Shown here piece by piece: positions 13,061 through 23,992 of a DNA stretch of 64,000 nucleotides. The DNA comes from Macrostomum lignano (taxonomy: Eukaryota): contig NIVC01000406.1 in the NCBI GenBank assembly GCA_002269645.1, positions 384,724-448,723 on the forward strand, read 5' to 3'. The notes below the pieces were generated by a model. That model was not told the origin of the DNA and did no database searches. It saw only the letters and a program-made list of their open reading frames with translations. Both the position numbers and the translations under genes were made by a program. The first letter of the stretch is position 1; every line of letters starts with the position of its first letter.

Positions 13061-14480
13061 CCCAAGGAAGGGAGCCGGATGGGATGTCTCGGCGATTCTA
13101 GTCGTCTGGGCCGACAAGTTATCGATTGCAGTCAGTTTGGGCCGGAGCTGAACTTCGGGCTCCATTCCAGAGCCTTAAGTTGACATGAGATCCTCATTTT
13201 ATCCCCTTTATCCCCTGGGACCCCAAGGAAGGGAGCCGGATGGGATGTCTCGGCGATTCTAGTCGTCTGGGCCGACAAGTTATCGATTGCAGTCGGTTTG
13301 GGCCGGAGCTAAACTTCGGGCTCCATTCCAGAGCCTTAAGTTGACATGAGATCCCCATTTTATCCCCTTTATCCCCTGGGACCCCAAGGAAGGGAGCCGG
13401 ATGGGATGTCTCGGCGATTCTAGTCGTCTGGGCCGACAAGTTATCGATTGCAGTCGGTTTGGGCCGGAGCTGAACTTCGGGCTCCATTCCAGAGCCTTAA
13501 GTTGACATGAGATCCCCATTTTATCCCCTTTATCCCCTGGGACCCCAAGGAAGGGAGCCGGATGGGATGTCTCGGCGATTCTAGTCGTCTGGGCCGACAA
13601 GTTATCGATTGCAGTCGGTTTGGTCCGGAGCTGAACTTCGGGCTCCATTCCAGAGCCTTAAGTTGACATGAGATCCCCATTTTATCCCCTTTATCCCCTG
13701 GGACCCCAAGGAAGGGAGCCGGATGGGATGTCTCGGCGATTCTAGTCGTCTGGGCCGACAAGTTATCGATTGCAGTCGGTTTGGGCCGGAGCTGAACTTC
13801 GGGCTCCATTCCAGAGCCTTAAGTTGACATGAGATCCCCATTTTATCCCCTTTATCCCCTGGGACCCCAAGGAAGGGAGCCGGATGGGATGTCTCGGCGA
13901 TTCTAGTCGTCTGGGCCGACAAGTTATCGATTGCAGTCGGTTTGGGCCGGAGCTGAACTTCGGGCTCCATTCCAGAGCCTTAAGTTGACATGAGATCCCC
14001 ATTTTATCCCCTTTATCCCCTGGGACCCCAAGGAAGGGAGCCGGATGGGATGTCTCGGCGATTCTAGTCGTCTGGGCCGACAAGTTATCGATTGCAGTCG
14101 GTTTGGTCCGGAGCTGAACTTCGGGCTCCATTCCAGAGCCTTAAGTTGACATGAGATCCCCATTTTATCCCCTTTATCCCCTGGGACCCCAAGGAAGGGA
14201 GCCGGATGGGATGTCTCGGCGATTCTAGTCGTCTGGGCCGACAAGTTATCGATTGCAGTCGGTTTGGTCCGGAGCTGAACCTCGGGCTCCATTCCAGAGC
14301 CTTAAGTTGACATGAGATCCCCATTTTATCCTTTTTATCCCCTGGGACCCCAAGGAAGGGAGCCGGATGGGATGTCTCGGCGATTCTAGTCGTCTGGGCC
14401 GACAAGTTATCGATTGCAGTCGGTTTGGTCCGGGGCTAAACTTCGGGCTCCATTCTGGTGCTTAAGTTGACATCCCCTTT
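13061..14480 (-). repeat. 161-bp tandem array, right arm, inverted (about 8.7 units)
   Basis: Same unit in reverse complement with 161-bp period (ORF-track starts 13487, 13648, 13809, 13970, 14131, 14292). Confidence 0.97.
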
Positions 14481-14526
14481 TGTAAAAACTCTCGATGACA
14501 AGGCGCACCTCCTCCGCGTGCTTGGC

Positions 14527-14901
14527 TCACTTCTCAGAGTACTCTGGAGGCGGTGGCTGTTGCAGGTACTGCTGCGGGTACTGCTGCGGGTACTGCTGTG
14601 GATACTGCTGCGGGTACTGCTGCGGGTACTGCTGCGGGTACTGCTGCGGGTACTGCTGCGTGACAAACACCTGAGCATGTGGGCCAGCATGGTTGGGATT
14701 CTGCACAGCCCTGGCCGCGGCGGCCTGCGGACTCCGGCCGAACAGGTTGGAGCCGAGCTGCGGACGGCAGGCCTCGCGGCAGCAGCAGTAGTAGGCGCAC
14801 AGGATGCCGATGCCGCCAATCAGCGGGATGACGATCACAACCACGGCGACAATAACCCAGTACACGAGCACGTACGTGTCTGCATAGCTGTTGTAAGACA
14901 T
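14527..14901 (-). CDS. Small single-pass membrane protein (124 aa): TM - Cys cluster - (QQYP)n - PPxY; paralog 1
   Basis: Hydrophobic VLVYWVIVAVVVIVIPLIGGIGIL, then CAYYCCCREACRPQLGSNLFGR shared with two nearby paralogs; ends PPPPEYSEK. GC3-rich codon usage, intronless. Confidence 0.8.
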   Translation of the reverse strand: MSYNSYADTYVLVYWVIVAVVVIVIPLIGGIGILCAYYCCCREACRPQLGSNLFGRSPQAAAARAVQNPNHAGPHAQVFVTQQYPQQYPQQYPQQYPQQYPQQYPQQYPQQYLQQPPPPEYSEK

Positions 14902-15488
14902 GGCTTCGGTATTGAGGGCTCAGGATATGCTAGTGTGCGGAGATTGAAGCCCAGCTCAGTCGGTCCTCTGCTCGCTTAATTTATTCAAGCACAGAAATTA
15001 TAAACCCCCGGTCTTATCGCGTACAGCGCACTCCGCCCTGCTTTCCTGAGGTGGAACGCTTCTTATCTGTCCATGTTGTGACTTCTCACAAAGCAGCTCA
15101 CGAAGCAGCGTGCAATGGAAGTCTGCAGTACAGTGTGCGTACAAACCTCTGGCCCCGAAGCGGATGTCGCCTCGATGTAATACCAAGCCGAGTTTATTTA
15201 GCCAGCGGCTCAGACGATAGCTCAGTTCAACCCATTATGTTTTACTTAAAAAGTCTTCTGAAAAGACTTCACGTGCTGTTTGTATTGCGTTCCAAAATTT
15301 TATGTAAAACACTGAGAATTGGCAATGAATAATATTTACTTTGACTATGGCTATTGCGGAAGGCAATTATACATTTATTCATAATCGAGCAGTCACAAAA
15401 TTAGTCATTATCGTTTATATGTACTTTTAAAAATAAGTCTAACTATTGGTTGATGTAAATCTTTGTGTTACGCTCGTAACTTCGGGCA

Positions 15489-15803
15489 TCAGATCTTCTC
15501 TGTGTACTCGGGCGGGGCGGGCTCAGACTGCGGCTGCATCTGAGGCGGCTGCAGCAGCACATGAGGCTCATCCTCCTGCCTGATGACGATAACAGTCTCA
15601 GCTGGTCCGGTAGTGACGTTGCCACCTTGCTCCACCGCCTGAGCTCCCCGGCCGAACAGGTTGGACCCCATCTGCGGCCGGCAGGTCTCCTTACAGCAGC
15701 AGTAGTAGGCGCACAGGATGCAGATCCATCCGATCATCATGATAGATCCGTAGGTCAGGTTGATCCAGAATCTGATTTTTTCAACGTCTTCTTCGCTTGA
15801 CAT
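15489..15803 (-). CDS. Small single-pass Cys-cluster membrane protein (104 aa); paralog 2
   Basis: WINLTYGSIMMIGWICILCAYYCCCKETCRPQMGSNLFGR ... APPEYTEKI. TATA box upstream; AATAAA (minus strand) about 110 nt after the stop. Confidence 0.8.
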   Translation of the reverse strand: MSSEEDVEKIRFWINLTYGSIMMIGWICILCAYYCCCKETCRPQMGSNLFGRGAQAVEQGGNVTTGPAETVIVIRQEDEPHVLLQPPQMQPQSEPAPPEYTEKI

Positions 15804-15885
15804 GACTTGGTTGCGCTCAGCGTAATGTTACGTTTACCAGAGTTTTCTAAGTCAATGGGCAGACCTGAGCGCATTCGACAGTGAA

Positions 15886-15907
15886 TATTTATAAAAGCAG
15901 CACTTCC
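15886..15907 (-). promoter_or_regulatory. ETS-like GGAAGTG + TATA box upstream of paralog 2
   Basis: Minus strand CAGGAAGTGCTGCTTTTATAAATA; same spacing as at 18384-18405. Confidence 0.6.
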
Positions 15908-17103
15908 TGTTTATGTTTATATCATTAAAGTTTTGACAAATTGGGTTTTAACGCCTTCGCTTACCTAATATGACCTGGCATCACTGGCATTCCAATCATT
16001 TGTCGTGGTGGAAGAATTTATTGAATGTAAAATTGCGTACCTGTGCACTTCGACTGCGTTTGGTCCAAGCTGCACGAAAACGAGTGCTTCCATGGCAACA
16101 ACAACTGACGCACGAAATTTCTAGTAGGGGCCCATTAAAACAACAACAACAACAATGGGACAAACCCGACAGCTGGTAGGTGACAATTTGTTTAACGATA
16201 ACTTGAACCATATAGACAGCATCAGGCTCAGGTCTCGAAAGTGGGCCGATGTCGTGGAAGGCATTGCGCCTGGATGACCGCAGCAAATGTGTTGTAGCTA
16301 GTGTTGCAAATAATTGTTGTTAATAGTGTGGGAGCGAGCGCCACTGTGTACTGAAGATGTTCAGTTCTTAGCTGTTGGAGGACTGATAGGAGCCACTGTA
16401 GCCACTGCAAATACTGCGATAAATTCACAGTGTTATCATAGTTAATATTATCTCAAAATGAAGAGTAACTGAGATTAAGGAACGGAAATGTCCTGTACTT
16501 TTGAAGCATGCAGCACAGCAGCCACGTTTCATACACAAAATCATAAATTAATATCTAATGCGCTCAATGAGCTTGGGAATATTCGTGTAATTTTACTGCA
16601 CAATACATATTTTAACACATTGTTTGATAAGTACAATACAAAATTTTAACAAAAACTAATCAAAGCACTGGTCGACAGTCACTAAACCATGGCATCAGTG
16701 CTGTTTCCCTGACTTGTTCGCTGTACTGTGCATCCGTAGGGGTCGTGCCTCCCATGCTTGCTCACCGAATTCTCCGAATTAGTCTTCTGAGTCCAGCTAA
16801 CTTGGGGACTTATAAGGCTCTGGTCGCTGTTACCAGCGGAGCCGGTGATTTATACGGTAGGGATGCCGCGGTTTTCTTTTGCTTACCAGTTTGATAAAGT
16901 TTATAGCGAGCTTCACATCCGCCTGAAGAGCTTTTAGGAAAGAGCTTATCAGTTTACTAGGAAAAAGTCTCCAAGCTTGTTGGCATAAGCGTGAAATTAG
17001 CGTTCGATCATTCACAATGGTTTTTAGTGTATTCGACATTGCCTCCCCGCTGTCGAGAACACAGTGCGGAAGGATTCTCTCGAGCTCTATGAAAGTTATG
17101 ATT

Positions 17104-17730
17104 AAACCCAATGGGAACTGGATAGTAACCTAATGATAGTAATAATAATAATAATAATTGATTACACCTGCCCTAATGGGCAATATGCAACCGACAGCTC
17201 AGCCGCAGCTATTGTGCGGCGCATCTGAAGGCTGCGTAAGGCTGTTCAGTTCAAGGACTAGAGGGTCGCCACACACCCTCAATTACCCCAGCTAATGCTG
17301 GCACCAATTTTACAGCTGGGTGAACTGAAGCAATGCAGATTTAAGTGTCTTGAGTCCTTTCAGTGTCTTTCAGTCGTGAGTCCACTAGGCTACAACTGGA
17401 TGGTAACCCTATGGGAACTGGATGATAAACCCAATGGGAACTGGATGATAAACCCGATGGGAACTGGATGATAAACCCAATGGGAACTGGATGATAAACC
17501 CAATGGGAACTGTATGATAAACCCAATGGGAACTGGATGATAAACCCGATGGGAACTGGATGATAAATCCGATGGGAACTGGATGATAAACCCTATGGGA
17601 ACTGGATAGTAAACCCAATGGGAACTGGATGATAAACCCGATGGGAACTGGATGATAAACCCTATGGGAACTGGATGATAAACCCTATGGGAACTGGATG
17701 ATAAACCCGATGGGAACTGGATGGTAACCC
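17104..17730. repeat. 23-bp minisatellite ATGGGAACTGGATGATAAACCCA, interrupted by the SINE
   Basis: One unit at about 17104-17130 and about 14 units at 17397-17730. Confidence 0.92.
17131..17396 (-). mobile_element. tRNA-derived CORE-type SINE, copy 1 (head partly deleted), inserted in a 23-bp array
   Basis: Near-identical body to 48569-48857 (e.g. CTGCATTGCTTCAGTTCACCCAGCTGTAAAA); (TTA)n tail at about 17131-17157; head GTTGTAGCCTAGTG. Confidence 0.75.
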
Positions 17731-18095
17731 AACGAAAGTGAATTCTGAAGTCAATGATGGTAAATTGTGGGCTAGGAAATATTTAGGGAAAAAAATTCAC
17801 GCAAAAAAGGTTCATTTTAGAGCAGTTAGCCTTACAGATATGGTAGCTATAAGCTCAGTCTGAACTTAAAACAGAATTTAAAATAAAACACCATCAATTG
17901 ATTCACTTCTCTCTGTGAATATATATTTGGAGATAGATTAATGCATTACTTTATAAAACTGTAACTGTCTGCATATCCATCGTATTAATACGTAGGTACA
18001 GCAATAATTTTTGTTCTAAGCTGTTCTCAGGGGATGACAGTTAGGCTGATATACAATACTTGTAAAATCACAGTTCTTGAGCACTTGAATATCGT

Positions 18096-18317
18096 CTAAA
18101 CTTTGTTGTCATTTCGGAAGCCGCCGCCCGAGCCGATCCGGCTGTACTCTTGGCTGCTGGCCCGGCCGAACAGGTTGGACCCCATCTGCGGCCGGCAGGT
18201 CTCCTGGCAGCAGCAGCAGTAGGCGCACAGGATGCAGATCCACCCGGTCAGAAGGACCGATCCCCAAACCGCGTAGATCCATACTCTGATTTTTTCAGCG
18301 TCTTCAGTGCTTGACAT
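18096..18317 (-). CDS. Small single-pass Cys-cluster membrane protein (73 aa); paralog 3, lacks PPxY
   Basis: WIYAVWGSVLLTGWICILCAYCCCCQETCRPQMGSNLFGR; 5' UTR and promoter homologous to paralog 2. Confidence 0.7.
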   Translation of the reverse strand: MSSTEDAEKIRVWIYAVWGSVLLTGWICILCAYCCCCQETCRPQMGSNLFGRASSQEYSRIGSGGGFRNDNKV

Positions 18318-18383
18318 GACTCGGTTGCGCTCTGCCTTAGCCTTACTATTACCAAGCTTGTTACAAGTCGATGCGCGGATGAC

Positions 18384-18405
18384 TATTTATAGCAGCAGCA
18401 CTTCC
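18384..18405 (-). promoter_or_regulatory. ETS-like GGAAGTG + TATA box upstream of paralog 3
   Basis: Minus strand CCGGAAGTGCTGCTGCTATAAATAG. Confidence 0.6.
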
Positions 18406-21400
18406 GGTTTGTTTTTACAAATTCGAGTTAGGCTACGAGTATTTGCTGTAACCCTCTCACCTACCTTTTAGCGCCTGGTCACTGCTCCGATGTTTCAAAG
18501 CTAGAGCCACCGTGCACCGGAAGTCTTTAATATCTGCTAGCTGCGACAAGCGGATGTCCCCATTTAATCTTGTCAGCAGCTCCAACTATAAACTTGTGTG
18601 TGCATCTAAACATTTTGCACTAATAGTACTTGACAAAATATTGAATGGCAAATATGCGCAGAAAAGATGGATACATCCACACAAACCTATCAAATTACCC
18701 CCAAGAGCAATCATAACATAAGGCCGCTTGAGATAGCTGAGCAGGCTCGAGGTTAACCTAATACAGCTGACGACAGGCAATAAACAATAAATCTAGACTA
18801 ATGTACTTGGAGCTGAGTTCGACAATGCTCAGTAAGCAGAGCGTAAATCAAAGCAGTCTGTCCTTGGCTAGCGACTTGCCGTCAGAGATTTGCTCCACGC
18901 CTGGCTGAGAAGACGGCGTTTTTCAGCTGAAGATGAGATTCGATTTTTCTGATACGCAATCACAATGGAACACTCGAGCGTAAGCACCCGCGGGAGGCTG
19001 GGCTGGTTCTGGGTGTCTACACTGAGTTGATAGCGAAAAAATATCACCCGCCATGCAGAGAACCAGCATCCAATCTTGGCGGCATCTGCTTCTGGGAACT
19101 GGAAAATCTGTCAAGGTCCCCCGTCCTCTTGGCCGCGTCTCTCCCATCTTCTCCGCAAGCTCCGAGATGCCAGGCCGGGGGTGAGACGGAAATGACTGAT
19201 CGACCGACTCAGAGGCAGACGTTTGGCGACCAGGCCATGGATACAAGAAATCTCAACCAGCATCGAGGCGCCACCCCCAAGAACGGAGCAGACCCCGGCC
19301 CAACTCCTGCAGCCCCAACCAGCTATTTCCCAGCGAGCCTGTCAAGACGGAAATTAAGTTTTTGATTGAGCTCGAACGGAGCCAGCCGGCCTCAAACTCC
19401 CCAGTGGTGATGAATGCCCCCAGCCTCTGATTCGGCTGGGAAGTTTTGAGACCGGCACGCCTGGTTGAAAGAATACGAACAGCTAAAATCATCATCTGTG
19501 TTGTAGACTTTCAATTTTTCATAAATAATAATGTGATCTAACTAATTAACTCTTTAATCATATAACTGCTACTTTAACAGTTACCAGACGTCCTTCCACT
19601 GTCACTGCCTGTAGCTCATGCATTCGTCAAGTTTTGCGTTCTTAAGTTGTCCCTGGATTCAGATTGAGCCGGCAGCATCGCGTGTGGGAATATTCAGCCA
19701 AAGTCGCAGGAGTGCTGCTGCACACAGCTTAAACAATTCACGACTGCCAATTACAATTGCCAATTGCATCTCCCGGCGACCAGCTGTCAATCAAGTCTCA
19801 AATTTCACTCCTCGTAGATTAATATCTCTGGCTGCCTTCAATTTATTGCACCGCCGCTCTCTGCATTGAAGCAGCGAATTTTTATCAGCTAAGCGCGAGC
19901 TTGGCCCGCGGCAGGGAAACGCAGACAGAAGGACAGAAAGAAGAAGAATGATGACGGGGGGCTATCTGACAATGGCCGCTAAGCAAACAGCGGCAATATC
20001 AGGAATCTTTACAGCCAGTGCAAATGGATGGGCCCTTCCCGACTGACCCGGCAGAGCAAACACCTGGCGGGCACACCTCGGCCGCCTGGCAAAAAGCCTC
20101 CCAAGAAAACCTGCGGCCCTGTCGGCAAACCGAACTGAGAAATCCTATGCAGTGCTTTGAATTGACAGAAATTTTCCATTTCGTTTGCAGATGCTGCTAG
20201 CGGCTTCAAGGCTGGTTTTGCTCAGCCTTACCAGATAATTCCAAACGATTGTGAGGATTATTTCGATTGGGATAAAACCGTTTCTCTTCCCCGCCGGCTG
20301 GTCTCAGCGTTCTCAGACTGAAATTTTGCGCCAAATTAGCCAGGGGCGGAGTCTCAGCCCCAGCCAGCTCAATGACTTGTGCATTATTAAAAGGCACTCA
20401 AACTTTATTAGCCCCGGCACTCTCTCTCTCTCTGTCCGTCCGCCAGACAAGCCCCCCCTCCGTATCGCACGGATCCTCCCGGGCCGGTCTGACAAAAGCT
20501 GCGTCCCAGCGGGGCTCCCTGCCGCTCTCTGCTCAGCGCCCCAGCGAGAAGAGAAAAAAACTTCAAGCCGAAAGCGCCGCCGAGCAGCGATCGCAAAACA
20601 AAGAGATTACGTAACAAAGATTGGGTTCCACAGCGGCCCCTGACGGCTTAGCAAAACATATGGAGCGGATCGGGGAGGAGAGGGAGAGGCGACAGTCGAG
20701 GAAAGCAAATCGAAGGATTTGAAAATGGGCGAATTCTGATGCTGCCGACGGCTGTGGTTTTCCCCTACCCAAAAGTTTTCCACTCCCCCAGAAATCAGCC
20801 CCCCAAATCCCGCTTTCTCTTTGCTTTTGTGCTAGCGCGCGTGCGCCAGGGGACATTTATACCCACACTTCCCCCTCCCTCCCAGACTTGCCAGCTGCCT
20901 TCAATGCTGGGAATAAAGATAGGACAGAGAGACTCGAACGACAACGAGAAGTGGATGAGAGCACAGACGATGCAGCTCTATTTGGCTCCCGGGCAGAATG
21001 AGTTCAGGGGATCAGGGAAGCGCAGCACGCTCGATAAATATAATTTTGCCGTTTCAGCTTCCAGCGTCCAGTCCGCGTGTCTCCGTTTGCCGGCGGATCA
21101 GTAAGGAACAGAGAGAGAGAGAGAGAGGGAAAAGAGGGAAAGCCGGGGCTCCGGTCGGAATTAATAGAGGCTGATGGCGAGCCCAGCTCTCCCGGTTTGA
21201 GGCCTGGGGAGAAGAAAAGCGGGGAATTAGGGATAATTCTTTTTGGTTGCCGAGCGGCTGTGCAGAGCTGATTCGCTCTCTCAGTCCGTTCCAGGGGGGG
21301 GGGGCAGATGGCGCTTCATCTGAGATGCAGGAAGCTGCAGCGCGTGCCGTCCGGACTGCCGCTTGGCCCCAGAGAGAAAACAGAGCGGCGAGCCAGAGGC

Positions 21401-23992
21401 TGAAAGCTGGGCTTGAAGACACGATTGGACTCGAGTGGCTTTCGAAATGGCCTATTTTTGCTTTATCCGCTGTTTTGCGGGGTGGGGGGAAGCGCTGGGC
21501 CCGGCCGGTTGCGCAACTCTCGAGCCTCGCCAAACACGGGGTCGGATTGCAACCGAAGCTCTCCTAACTAATGATGACCCTTGTCCCGCTCCGCCGAGTG
21601 GTGCTGTGGAAAGCAGGCCGATTCAAGTTGCCGTGTAGTGGGGGGGGGGGTGGCTGGGTCCAGATAAGGCAGCTCTCCGTCTGATGCTTGCAGCGACTCT
21701 GGGCGGCAAGAATTTTAATTAAATTCCAATTAGCGCAGCCCGGCGGGGCCGCACAACAATCGGGGCCGGAAGCCCGCAGCGTCTGAAATGTTTTTGTTGC
21801 AATGGTCGGTCGGTGTGAAAATTGGAACTGCAGGGCCCGCGCGAGAGTGAATGAAAGAGTTGAGGCGGATCAGGAATCATTCATAGCGAGTTGAAAAGCT
21901 CCCACGGCGTTGGCAACAGTGGCGGGAGAGGAAGCTCCCGCAGACAGCTGGGAGACCGGACCGGCCCTTCCGACTGTCCCTGACTGGACTGTCTCTGCCC
22001 CACAATGTCCGCCTGCCAGTCACCCCACACTGCAATTCACACTGGAGACATTGAGCCAGAGCCGCTGCCAAAAGCTCCACCTCTCCTCGCACTTCCCCCT
22101 CTTGGAATCCTCGCGCCCTCGGCTGCTCAGGGATCGGAAATGCCGGCAATTAAGAGGGCCAGAGAGGTGAGCAAGAGAGGGGTGGTGAGAGTGACTGTTT
22201 AGCAGGGCTTCCACACCCACAGTGAGCAGTTCCACTTTGCTCCCCCCACTGTCTAGGGATGCCAAAATTGGAGAAAATCCCACCGATGTAGAATGAGAAC
22301 TGGGGGGAGAGAAAGTCAGGCAGGTGAAAACCCATTGTCCCGTCAGGATCCCCACATGCTCTGCTTCTCCCCAACTCCCCGCCAAGCCTGCAGTGGCTCG
22401 CATTGCACTTGGGACCTGCTGAAAATGCTTTTAACGGGCTCTCGGCTTTGGCACACAGCAACCGGAGCGCCTGGCCGGGAGAGCCCTCAGTCGATCGGCT
22501 TTCAAAGACTGACTGGAGCGGCTCGGGCAGCACTTTTTAGCCCTGCCGTGTGTGAAAGCTTGAAAAGAATGGGCAGCCACCCCCGGTGCGGCTTAAACTG
22601 CAGGTGGGGAGAGGGTTGGAGAGGAGAAGTGACGAGAGACCTCTTTTTTACTTCCTCTTTTGTTTGTTGCTGCCTTCATTTTCCTCCTCCCGCTGGGGGT
22701 GTTAACTGCCCCGGTTCACTGCAGGGGAGTGGCTCTGCTGAGAAGCGAGTGATGAAGCGCGCAAAAATGTGATGCTGCTGAATGCAGTTTACTGTTGCTG
22801 TCTGTCTGTCCGCGTCTCGGTGTTTAACACCGCGGCAGGCGGGGCTGCCGGGACAAACAGAGAAATGCGGCGGGGTGTCCGATGGCTGCCGGGAGCTGCC
22901 AGCCAGGGCTGTTCACTTCGCATCGGACTAATGACTTTTCTCTTCACACGTCATCAGGCAGGGGCGGGCAGTGGCATTGCTGAGTGGAAGCTGGGGAACG
23001 ATGGGGCAGAAGGTGTCTCATCTTGCACGCTTTAATGAGACTGCTAGTTGGGTGGGGGTGAAATGCGAGGATCCGGGGTGAATTTGGTCCCCCTGCACTC
23101 CCCGCCGGCCCAAGTGGGAGACCCACCTGTCGATCAGCGAACTGGCACTGGGAGGGGGATTTTGTTACATGATGATGGGAGCGGAGGCTGAATGGATTCT
23201 TGGCGGATAAAATTAAAGCAGGTGGGCTCTGCTGGGGAGAGGCGGTTGTTTCAAATCCCATGACACCGATTTCGCACCAACCCCAGCTTGAAGAGGTTGA
23301 CACGGCGGGCTTGGCGGGGAGGAGCGGGGAGAGGAGAGGCCGCGGCAAGGATGACGGAAGCGCGGGAAAGGAAATCGGGAGACACTGGGATTTGGCAGGA
23401 AGCGCGGAACACAGGACCTGAGCTTCCAGTCGGTCAAATGCGCTTCTGCTTCCTTCCTGGCGGCGCCAAAAAATCCCCAACACTTTTTTCTCCCTTCGTC
23501 ATCTTTCTCTCCCGGGCTTGTCTTCCTGTGCGCGACTCGCTCAGATCCTGTTCACCAGGAGCTGAATTCCCTGCCGCCTCCCTGAGCTGCCAGATAAGGA
23601 ATCCCCGATTCCCCAGTGAACAATGGGAAAGGGCAGGGCCGGAGACAAAGCGAAGGGAGCCTAGGAGTTGGAGCGCATTGCTGAAACCAAACCGAGCTAA
23701 AAAACCTTTCCATTCCATTTCAGCCCGTGTAGATTTTGGAGCTGAGGCCAAGAAGAGAGAGAGAGAGAACACGCGGAGTGCACGGAGGCATTCCTGCGTT
23801 CCCCCGGCCAGCCAATAGCAGCTTGTGGCCCACCGTTCCTTGGCCCGCTCACCCTCAAACGTCCAACCCTCCTGGAGGAGCGCCAGGCCCGGCCAGGAAC
23901 GTTAAGAGAAGCCAACTGAGGCATCAAAGAGCAAAACTCGCCGGCTCTCTCCGTCCTTCTCTTCTCCGTCTCCGGCCAGTCGGCGATGGCAG

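Larger units (their letters stand above)
10819..14480. mobile_element. Foldback-type non-autonomous element: long inverted arms of 161-bp tandem repeats around a spacer of about 1.0 kb
   Basis: Left end AAAGGGGATGTCAACTTAAGCACCAGAATGGAGCCC is the reverse complement of the right end GGGCTCCATTCTGGTGCTTAAGTTGACATCCCCTTT. This terminal variant (GCACCAG) differs from internal units (GGCTCTG). Arms 10819-12056 and 13061-14480; no transposase recognised. Confidence 0.8.

Noticed and set aside
10819-14480. 161-bp array as a CRISPR array or as protein-coding (repeated MEPEVQLRPKP ORFs)
   Set aside because: Units are contiguous with no unique spacers, the context is eukaryotic, and the ORFs simply follow the 161-bp period through successive frames.
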